The position numbers were made by a program, and so were the translations under genes. From Haliotis cracherodii (taxonomy: Eukaryota), in NCBI RefSeq assembly GCF_022045235.1, contig NW_027266283.1:4030001-4094000 (forward strand): a stretch of 64,000 nt of DNA. Direction: 5' to 3'. Below are positions 27,201 to 39,200 of this stretch, piece after piece. The notes under the pieces were generated by a model. That model saw only the letters and a program-made list of their open reading frames with translations. It had not been told where the DNA came from and ran no database searches. The stretch's first letter is position 1. The number at the start of each line of letters is the position of its first letter.

Positions 27201-30200
27201 AAGATTCATTTTGCCCGTTAAGACAAGATAATGTTTCACAGTATATCACGGTAGTTCAGTCAATTTACAAGGCAAAATAGATCAGTCAAATGAGGGAAGA
27301 CTAAAACGGAACATAAAAAATATACGCCTGCAACTCTATGATAATAATCATGTAGTATTTATAAAACATCTAATCCACAAACACAAATCTGTCGGAGAAA
27401 TTCAAGATGTGCATCTTAGAAAATAAGAAAATGACGCTGCACTTGTTGACACTGCTCCCATGATGCATTTTACATTACACGTGCGTAGCCATGGTGCATG
27501 TTGCATTACACGTGCGTAGCCATGGTACACCACATGGAGTCTGTACTAGGAAATGAATACAAGTTATTTACACTTGAAAGGGAAGCCATTTATTAGTTTA
27601 GATAGTGTCCAAGCTCGGGGGCTTTCATACCAACAAATCTACGGTATGATACATAAAACAAAGTGGTTGTCTCAAAACCAAAACCGGGACGTAAAAGGAT
27701 ACTAGTCTGCTTTGATACAGGGGTGATTAGGCGTACAGCTTGGAGCTGATGGTATGCCAACTTGTAGTAGATTACGTGAGGAAATTAAAGAAACAATTTG
27801 TTTCCTGGACTACATTAATTATTGCTCCATATGAGATGGGTTATTGATTCACTGCACGTGGCAATGACTGAGCAGTTTTCAGGTGAAATATTCCATTCTG
27901 TCTGTGGTCACATTATCAACTCACCGTTCATGACTATCGCAGTCAGGCTTTCCAGATCATTATCGGTCTGTAAATAATGGAGTCTGGACCAGACAATCCA
28001 GTCATTGATAACATGAGCATCGACCCACGCGATTGGGATCGATGACATGCATCAACCAAGTCAGCGAGCCGAACCACCCGATCCCGTTAGTCGCCTTTTA
28101 CGGCAAGCATGGGTTGCTGAAGACCTATTCTACCCCGGATCTTCACGGGCCGGGTAGCCTAGTGGTTAAAGCGTTCGCTCATGTCGAAGACATGGGTTCA
28201 TATTGCTAGAATATTGCTTGAAGCGGCGTAAAATCATAATCGCTCACTCAATGAAATACAGTAACATGATTATCTTGAGACCACGCCAACTCAGATGACA
28301 TTAACACCTGTGAAATCACCTCAGAACAGGTGTTAGGTAATTACCCCAGTATGTAGGCCGTTTCATACATGTATGACAGAAGTTTGATAGTTTTACCTCT
28401 AAAAATACCTTTTTTAGCCTAACCGGTGTCAGTTAGGATATGGGGGGCACGGGTGGCCCAGTCGTCGAAGGCGCCGCGATTCGCTGTGCAGAGTTGCGTC
28501 CTTTGGGAACGCCAGGATCCTATGATTATTGGTTCGAATTCCGATTCGCCCCGATTACGTTTCTAGGTTTGTCAGCACCATACCCGTGCTCGTGTAGTAG
28601 TAGTAAACGTCTGAGACCTGCATCACTTCGGGCTTTCCTCCCACATTAAGCTGACACGCTGTGATAAAACTGGAATACTGTTAAAAGCGCCGTTAAACCC
28701 AACTCACTCACTCAGTTAGGATAGGCCTGATTAGGTAGATTTGCAAAATATTTATTTCCCTATGATTTGTATTCATCAAATGAAGCCAAAAGAAAACTTT
28801 TTAGCATTTTCCGACTGTATTATAGGCCTATTACAAAGGATGTTAAGGAGCTGTTTAAATTTTCAGATTGCAGTTTAAAATGTGCAAATGGGGGAACACT
28901 TGACAAGGACAAATGTGAATGCACCTGCGCTGATGGATACAGGGGTGCGGATTGCACCAAGCCTCCATGTACGACGGTCTGTGTCAATGGGAAGGTCAAC
29001 CAGGAGAACTGTGCCTGCGAGTGTAGCGAAGGCTGGAGTGGCCCCAAGTGTGGTAAGTATGGCAAATGGTTTTACATTCACATTACCAAACTTTGAGACC
29101 TCAAGTCAATTCAGAACAGCTTTTAGAACTTTAGGGACCTTAAGTACTTGCCCTTGCTGATGTTTGATCTGGGCTGTGATAGAACAGCAGCGCAACCAGT
29201 ATTTGCATAAACATAGCAGAAGGAACATGTATTAACGTTGCAGATTACATTTCGCATGGAACCTGTATTCATTTGTGCATTTCTCAAGCTCTTTTTGTAA
29301 AATTGTGATCGAACATTATTTCATGTAGTTAATGTTACAAGCAAACCTGCGAAACTTTCCAAAGTGTTGTGATGGTATGGAGAAGATATGTAGCTTAATT
29401 GGATGTTTATTTGTGTGTAAATACTCCATTTATCACACATGAGGTATGGTTGTAGCAGTTGTGCTTTCTACTTCTTCGGATTTAACAGCGTGTTTATTAT
29501 TCCAGATTGCAGCCTCACATGTTCAAATGGGGGAACTTTGGACAAGGACAAGTGTCAGTGCGCATGTGTAGGGGGACACCGTGGAGCGGACTGTACCAAA
29601 CCTCCGTGTACAACCGACTGTGTCAACGGGAAGGTCAACCAGGCGAACTGTGCCTGTGAATGTAATAAAGGATGGAGCGGGGCCAAATGCAGTAAGTTAT
29701 TTAGAAGTATAGCCTTTATTTGGTCGTGTTGCATAGTTTACGTAGATTGCCAAAGCACTCGCATTCCTTCCATACGTATCTGAGTAAAATGACTGAAGTA
29801 TCTTTTTATTGCTTGGAAGATGAAAAGCACAGTGTCTGGTGGCATTAGTTGGGTAGTGTGATCAATGGTAACACATTCATTCATTCGGATATTGTATGCA
29901 AGACTCGCCTTTCTGTGGCATTTGTGGGATATAGGTTTGCGTTCACAAATGAGACAGCAATGGAAGTTTTAATTGCCTCGGTCAACTCTTCCATGAATAG
30001 ACTTTAACAAGTGTCTGATGCAGACTGCATGACTTGCATATAAATGCAATATCATGTGAATTTACCATTTAGATTGCGGTCGTCAGTGCGGCAATAATGG
30101 CACCTTGAATGCGGACAAATGTGAATGCACGTGTGTTGGTGGTCACCGCGGTGTCAACTGTACCAAGCCTCCATGTACGACGGCATGTGTCAATGGCAAG

Positions 30201-33200
30201 GTTAACCAGGAAAACTGCGCCTGCGAGTGTACAGCTGGGTGGAGTGGTCCCAAGTGCGGTAGGTGTTTATACTTACTACAAACCTCTGGCATGTATTCCT
30301 TGGATTTAGTAGCTTAAAAGTAGTATAAACATGTTCAATATATACGGTCACACCAATGTTTAACCCGCATCTGTGTCGGAGAATAAAAACCTTATGGTTA
30401 CTTGAAGGATTGCAAATCATTGCATCTAGCTGACAGAATGTGTCTGTATACAGTAAACTACATTTATAACGAACATTCTTATAAAAAAAATGACCGATAT
30501 AACAAACATTGCAGGCCATTTGTTTTATATATAATGTTTATATGCTTATAACGAACTACGGTTGTTACGAACTAAAATTAGTGGTCCCTTTGAGGTCATG
30601 ATAACCATAGTTTACTGTAGTCCTCAAAAGAAGCTAAGAGACCTGATTCAGTCATAATCTATCCTGCCAAGACATTAACTATAGTAATATGAACGAATCA
30701 GGGGTTTTTTGTCCTTAACTTTGTATGAGTAGTATATAAAACGTTTTGAGGGGTAAATGATACAGTGTACATAATATGCGCCATAAAGCGTGTGTGATAT
30801 ACTGGACATGTAGTACACGTAATGCAGAGTATATGGTTGGCGTTATACAGAGTACATGATTGGCGTTATACAGAGTACATGATTGGCGTTATATAGTGTA
30901 CATGCTTGTCGTTTTTCAGAGTGCATAATAGGCGTCATGTAGAGTACACAACAGGCGTTATACAGAGTATGTGACTGGCGTTATGCAGAGTACACAACAG
31001 GCGTTATACATAGTATGTGACTGGCGTTATGCAGAGTACACAACAGGCGTTATACAGAGTATGTGACTTGCGTTATGCAGAGTACACAATAGGCGTTATA
31101 CAGAGTATGTGACTGGCGTTATGCAGAGTACAGAGTACACAACAGGCGTTTTGGTCCCTTTGAGGTCATGATAACCATAGTTTACTGTAGTCCTCAAAAG
31201 AAGCTAAGAGACCTGATTCTGTCATCATCTATCCTGCCAAGACATTAACTATAGTAATATGAACGAATCAGGGTTTTTTTGTCCTTAACTTTGTATGAGT
31301 AGTATATAAAATGTTATGAAATGGACGCTCCCATCACCATGCAGATGACTCTCATTACAAGGAAACATTGTCCATGCAACATAAAGTGGCCACTAGGTAG
31401 TAAGGTTGTTTCGTTTTATAAGGCAAATTCTGTGCTGATAGATCACTTCATTTTCAAGATTGCAAGCTGTCATGTGCAAATGGAGGAAAGTTGGATAGCA
31501 CTAAGTGTGAATGCGCCTGTGTTGGTGGCTACCGAGGAGCTGACTGTAGTCTACCACCGTGTAAGACGGAATGTATCAACGGGAAGGTAAACCAGACGAA
31601 TTGTGCTTGCGAGTGTACAGATGGTTGGACTGGCCCAAAGTGTGGTAAGTGTCATTTTGGAATTGCTCTATTAGAACCTGGTATCATTTTTTTAGAGGCC
31701 GGATCGGGTGGTCAGATACGCTGACTTGGTTGATGCGGGTCATCGTATCCCAATTGCGTAGATCGATGCTCATGATGTCGATCACTGGATTGTCTGGTCT
31801 TGATTTGGTTATTTATGGACCGCCATCATATAGCTGAAATATTTCTGAGTGCTGCGTGAAACAACAAATAACTTATGGGGCTGCTTCTTCAGACTGTGAC
31901 ATGGCTAAGGTATTGGGCCCCGAAGCCAATGGGAATTGCTTCCACACTCACAGCTTACCCTGGTCTTTGTATTACAGGCAGCAATGATATTTCAATGATC
32001 AAGAGCGCCTCCATGGTCTAGTGGTAGTGTCCGCCCGGAGAGGGAAAGGTCTGGGGTTCGATCCCCGGCCGGGTCATGATAAAAGACGTTACTAGACGGT
32101 ACTTGTTAACCTGTCTGGCGCTCTGCATTTAGTGTCTAAAACAAGGGCTGGTTGGCTCGGAGTCAGTATACTGTGTCTGAGTGGGGTTAAACTGCCGCAT
32201 GGTATCTCGGTGAGCTAGCAATATAAATTGGCATCAGTCCGGACTAGCGGCACGTACGCCGCTATATAAGTGCAAAAATCTTGAATGAAGCGTTAAAAAT
32301 TTCGTCTCACCTCACCAGTGGTCATACTTACTGATTAAGTACGTGAATAACTGATTTAGTTTCATCTGATCCTTGTGTTTGTGTAGTTGAAAGAACTTGT
32401 ATTCCCAACATTTATTGCAACTATTACAGATTGTGACCTCAAATGTGCCAATAACGGTACCCTAAACAAGGACACCTGTAAATGTGCCTGTGTTGGTGGC
32501 TACCGCGGAGCTGACTGTGCACAGCCTCCCTGCAAGACAGCATGTGTCAACGGGAAGGTCAACCAGAAGACGTGTGCCTGTGAATGCACAGAAGGCTGGA
32601 CTGGTCCCAAGTGTGGTACGTAGTTTGGTTTAAAAAGGAATATTTCTGTAAAAATTAAAAGAAAGGATCTGTATACATGAACTGCATCAGTCCAATTCGA
32701 AATCTGTATCCCTTTCGGGAAACCTAAAGGCTTGATCATATGTAATAAACATCTCTACTTTTGAGGGGGACATTTCTTTTCTTGCAATAACCACAATGTC
32801 ACTATTAAAATTTTAGCTATGTATTTTTATCAATGCCAGACTGTAAACTCATCTGCAAGAACAACGGAAGCTTGGACAGTGCCAAATGTGAGTGCACGTG
32901 TGTTGGTGGTCACCGTGGTGCTGATTGCAGCAAGCCTCCCTGTACGACGGTTTGTGTCAACGGAAAGGTCAACCAAAACAACTGTGCTTGCGAGTGTACT
33001 GAAGGCTGGAGTGGTCCTAAATGTGGTAAGTAATATTAAGGGACGACCTGATCTTTGTTATGTGATATGCAGTGTTGGTGGAATTTCCATTCATTTGGAA
33101 GAGATTGTCACTTACGCGGCAGTGAACCAAAGCCTTTTTTAATGAATAGGAACTACATCGTATTTTACGATTTGGAAAAGGGACATGAATCAAACGATCA

Positions 33201-36200
33201 CAATTTAACAAAATAGAAGTATTCCCATGATTATATTCTGTAACTCATTTACTGTTTACTATTAACGTAAATGATCAAAAACTGTTTCAATTCCTTTTGA
33301 TGTAGATTGCAGCTTGAAATGTGGGAATGGAGGTACCTTGGATAAGGAGAAATGTCAGTGCACCTGTGTCGGTGGCTACCGAGGAAACGACTGTACTCTT
33401 CCTCCATGTAAGACGGATTGTGTCAATGGCAAGGTCAACCAGAAGAACTGTCTGTGTGAATGTACAGAAGGGTGGAGTGGTGCAAAGTGTGGTAAGATTC
33501 TTTGCATAATTTATGATTAGTAATTGTTTTTGTCCGGTTTATTAATCGCATACGCCATACAGGACCAGTAAGTTACATGGAAGATGTTTAGAACCTTGAC
33601 AGGTTGGAAATTTTCCATGGAATTTATGGAAAATCGCCATGAAAAATTGCAATTCACAACTACATGTCAACAGCTGACGCCATGCTGTATATGAGGTAAA
33701 TGTCACATGAATTCAAATTGGCTATCATATGACAACACTTGTTTGAAAAAATATCACCAATTTGGAATTTGAAAATATCTGACTCTCCGCCACCTTTTTA
33801 GCATTTATAAAAACATATAGCATGATTATTTGTATTTTCTCGCCAATGACCGTTTGTCATGTTGATGTTTTCATGACTTCCGAGATACTATGGCAATACA
33901 AAAGAATAAAGTGTTTTGAGGAGAATAAACTATACAACTTCCCTGAGGAAGTGTAAGATTGGTGGATATCTGTAAGTTGTCAATGTATTTCTTAATGACG
34001 CTCAATGTACAATACAATAGGCATCTCTAGTCATGCTTGACATTTATCACCACCTGATCTGCTATTTAGACACTTAAAAAACATAACAATACAGATAAAC
34101 TAAGACATGTTTTGTGTTCGTCATATTCTTTCTGTCATTGCCTTCATATTTTGTAAAATGTTTTCGTTTCATTTATCCAGAATGTTGTCTGTGTTTTTTT
34201 GCTTTGGACGAATTAAATGATCATAGCTATACGTTGAAATCAAACACATAGGCATGCAATGGATATAGGTTACTATGTTGTGGAAGTTGGCGATAATGTG
34301 GTAACCCTTTGTTTTGAAATTACATTTTACAAATTTATTTTAGAAATAGGCAAAACAATCCCAAAATGGCTGTAGTTGCTTTGTAGAACTGGTGTAACTT
34401 CAGACTAGGGAACTATTAATTCCCACATTATTGGACAAGGTAAAACTCTCATTCATCTAACAATGTGAATTTCTACCTCATGCTCCATGTGTGTGTGTGT
34501 ATTTAATTTTCACATTTTGTCCAGATTGCAGTCTTAAATGTGCTAATGGAGGTACTTTAGACAAGGACAAATGTGAGTGCACATGTGCTGGTGGCTACAG
34601 GGGTCCTGGTTGCACCAAGCCTCCATGCAACACGACCTGTGTCAACGGGAAGGTCAACCAAGAGAACTGTGCCTGCATGTGCACGGAAGGTTGGAGTGGC
34701 CCCAAGTGTGGTTAGTATTGTGGAGAATAGTATATATTGAAACAATTCCAGATTAGGTTAATAAATGTGCAGCATATGCGTTAAAAGAGCATGTTGAAGC
34801 ATCTGATATTTTGTTGTAATTATTTCAAGGGTGTTTTTGGTAACGTGTGTTCACAACACATTGATTGTGTATGCATTACTTGCTCTGTAAATTCATTTGA
34901 TGTAGCTGCTGTATGACGTTGATCATCTGTTGACACCATTAACTTAAGTTTTATCCAGCAATATGACCTTTTAGTTGTACTGTCAGGCCAGAAGAGCTGA
35001 ATTCAATACTGTCACGTTTTAGCAGCATTATTTACCCATTTCTGAAATCCTGAAGGATAAATATGGTAGTAGGCACAATGCAATATTTTTTTAATGTTAT
35101 GAATCGTTATATTTTATCCTTACCTTCGATTTATTTTGTGGATAAATCTAAATAACGTTAAATTTGATTAGTTGTTTAATATGTTAAACTATATTTCATG
35201 TGAGCAGTAATTCCTTGAAAGTAACAAATAATTTTTTCTTATTGTTAAAATTACATGTTAGATTGCAGTCGGAAATGTGGCAATGGAGGTACCTTGGATA
35301 ATGCAAAGTGCCAGTGTTCTTGTGTGGGTGGCTACCGTGGGGACGATTGCAGTCTGCCCCCATGCACAGTGGCATGTGTCAATGGCAAGGTCAACCAGAA
35401 GAACTGTGTGTGCGAGTGCACAGAAGGTTGGAAGGGTCCAAAGTGCGGTGAGTGTACAAACTGTGTTCCAGATTTGTTATTTCAAATGGTTATAAACCCC
35501 TTGGAGATAAATTTAAAGATTTGTATAATTTTTAGATTAAGTTAGTATTGTATTTTTCATAATATCCACTGAATGCAGGTAGATCCCAAAACATCTTCCT
35601 TGATTTTGAACCTTGGTGTTCGGGGAAAACTGACGTGGGAACTCTATTTAGTGAGTCCCGAGCATAGGTATCGGGTCCCTATTTACCAACAGCAAATATA
35701 ATACAATATGTGCGATGTCATGTGCTTGTTGTAGATGGGATTTCCTTATTTGAATCAAAGCTTAGTCTTTGGATGAAGGAAGTCTGACCCGGAAATCAGC
35801 TAAATATCGTGTCAAACTGAACTCGCAGTGCATATTATTCCATCAAACCTTTCATTCAAAATGTGACACGTAATATTGGAAGCTTATTCTTATTGTTCAG
35901 TGTTCATGCTTGACTGGACTGGTGTATCTTGTTCAGAATCGTTCATTTCATGGCTCTTTTTATATAGGTGTAATATTCATTACCGGAATATCCATGCTCG
36001 ATCGTAGCACCACCAGTAGCTGTTATCCCTTCGATATCCCTCTTATTGGCAATCAGATTCCGCCTTTCATATCACTTGCATTTGCTTAAAACAAAATGGC
36101 TGCTCCCAGACGATGTGATCGATAATCAAGATCTATATTGTAATAAAACTGGTCTTTTCCCGCAAAGTGCATCAAATCCACTTGAGCACCTTGATAAAAA

Positions 36201-39200
36201 AACATGAAAAGATTTGCAAATCCATCAGTCGACCGAAACCTGCACGTTGAAATCATTTTTGACGAACCGGATGTCTTCATTACGCCATTTTGATTGGACT
36301 ATGCATGGACTCGTTGGTCCAGCCAAAATATAACTCCGGAATTCCTGCCAAGTTCCTTGCCTCGGGAAGTATTACAAGGGAGGTTAGGAATTGTTAATTT
36401 TTTTCAGATTGCAGTCTTAAATGCGGAAATGGAGGTACACTTGACAAGGACAAATGCGAATGCACATGTGTTGGTGGATACAGGGGTGCGGATTGCAGCA
36501 AACCTCCATGTACGACAGCATGTGTCAATGGAAAGGTCAACCAAGAGAACTGTGCCTGCGTGTGTACGGAAGGCTGGAGTGGCCCAAAGTGTGGTGAGTG
36601 ACAGCGTATCATTCAGTCGGACAAGTATTAGATTACAATGCATGCTCTTAAACAGTGTTTTTATAATCTAAAATAGATAGTTTAATAATTTTAATTTGCA
36701 GGAAGAAATAAACCAGGTCTTTTCCAAACAGGAGATAACAAATATGCTCTGTAATAAGCACTATTTGTATAACCCTAGGAACCGAAGTAAGAATATAGCA
36801 ATTTAACTAAATATGTAAATGTTGTTTCTTGACTCTTTATAAATATGCTTTCTTCATTACTATGTTTTTTGAAAAATTTGGTATTTGGGCTTGGTGACAC
36901 TAACCAGTTTTGCTCGTTCTGGTTTTTTTCTGCATGTTCTGTGGCGTTTCAGACTGCAGCCTCAAATGTCAGAATGGTGGCACACTTGACAAGGACAAGT
37001 GTACATGTACATGCGCCGGTGGCTACCGAGGTGCAGATTGCAGCAAGCCACCATGTACGACAGCTTGTATCAACGGAAAGGTCAACCAGGAGAACTGTGC
37101 CTGTGTATGTATGGAAGGCTGGAGTGGTCCCAAGTGCGGTAGGTTGAAAACTGTATTCTCGTAAGTAGAGTATTTTGAACTCGTCACCCATGTCTCCTTA
37201 TTAATTAAATCTCCAACTTTCGTTTCCTGCTGATACGGAGCGAGTGTTTTCCACAACACATTTGGCATACCCTTTAATATGTATCTGTGTAAAATAGTTC
37301 ATAATAAGTGGAACTAATACCATGTGCATGTGGATTAACAAATCTGGTTGAACTTTTCTACTCGGAAAAGAGTCAAGATTTCAAAGTTCATGTCTGTCAA
37401 AACATTTGATTTTTCAACTTTGTACACCACTACCCCATGACAATTTAGTGAAAACTTTGTTCCTCGATCTATGGGGTATTTGATGACCTTAGATGTAGTG
37501 GCATATCTATCTTTAGAGGTTCAGGACAATTTGTCAAAAATGAAAGCAAGTGCCATTAGACGTTTACTAAGAACAGAATGGGAAATTGCCGGACTTCCTC
37601 TTAGACACGATCTGTCAAATGAGCAAAATCAAAATTGGCCAAGAAGGAATACTTCAGCTTCTGCTTCGTTGATGATCTGATATTGTTCAATAAACATCAA
37701 ATAGCCAGTTCACTTCCTCTGCTTTACCCATCTGAACAAGAACGGTGATATTCTACATTCCTGTACCCACATCCACGAGGAAGCTATATGTGAAATCAAC
37801 GTAGGCCCACGCATAGACTGATTGTAAAGAAAACATTCAGAAGGTTAAGAGCTTTCATGGAAAGAATAATTGTTTGCTACTTTCTGTGCGTGTCGGACAG
37901 ACGTAATTCAAAATGAACATAGTATTTCGTTTCAACAATCATTAAATTCGCTTCCGTGTAACTGGATTTCTGGTCCATCAATTGATTGTCTAGCTTAATA
38001 TACCGCTAATATTTTGCCTTTTACTCCCAATGGAATCAGAATCGTGGGGTAATCCAGACTGGTTATTCTTTGTTGTTGACGTTTTATATTTATTCGATAA
38101 GTCATAGAGCTTTTCTTAAATATATTTACTATTTTTCACTTGAACAGTTCCGAGCATGAGTTTATAGAATAGTTTACCAAATCCCTGTGATATTTGTAAC
38201 AATTAGGTGCCCATCTGTATCGATTCTTTTAAGAATGCTGCAGCAGTAAGGAGGCATTGCACTTGGCAAAGATAACTGAGGCATAATTTTATTTGTTATA
38301 TATCAGATTGCGGTCGTCAGTGTGGCAATAATGGCACCTTGAATGCGGACAAATGTGAATGCACGTGTGTTGGTGGTCACCGCGGTGCCAACTGTACGGA
38401 ACCTCCATGTACGACGGCATGTGTCAATGGCAAGGTCAACCAGAAGAACTGTGACTGCGAGTGTACAGCCGGGTGGAGTGGTCCCAAGTGCGGTAGGTCC
38501 CATCTTTTAAGTTCCCTAGTTCCAATTGTAATTTCAAGCGATTGGATTCATTTGGATTCTAATACATCGGTTCCGTACTGTTTCCTGTGTTTGTCAAAGA
38601 GTGTGATGAACTACGAATTATAGACCGTCATACAGCTGGAATATTGCCGCTTGGGAGATTAAACAACAAATAAACGAGTTCATGGTTTCTTTTCTGTAAT
38701 TACGACCGCCTCCATAGTCTTGTGGTGTCTGCCCGAAGGTGGGAAGGCCGGCTGCGTCATACCAAAAGACGTGAAAAGATGTATTGTGCTCGGCATTAAG
38801 GGGCTAACACAAGGACTTGTCGGCTCAGTCAGTATATTGTGTCTAAGAGGGGAATTCATGTTAAACTGCGGCATGGTATCTCGGTGGGCTAGCACCATGA
38901 TTTGGCATCAGTCCGTACTAGCACTATAAATCGGCAGCAGTCCGGACAAGTACGAACAGCCACACACACGCGTGAATACACGTCGCTAGAAAAGTGCAAT
39001 ATTCTTAGATGCGACGTTAATCCCCATTTCCCCTCCCTCCCTCTTTTCTGTATTATCAGGGGGCCACGGGTGGCCCAGTCGTCTAAGGCGCCGCGATTCG
39101 CTGTGCAGAGTTGCGTCCCCTGGACACGCCAGAAACCTATTATTGTGGGTTCGAATCCTGGTTCGCCCCAATCCTGGATCACCCCAATCCTGGTTCGCCC

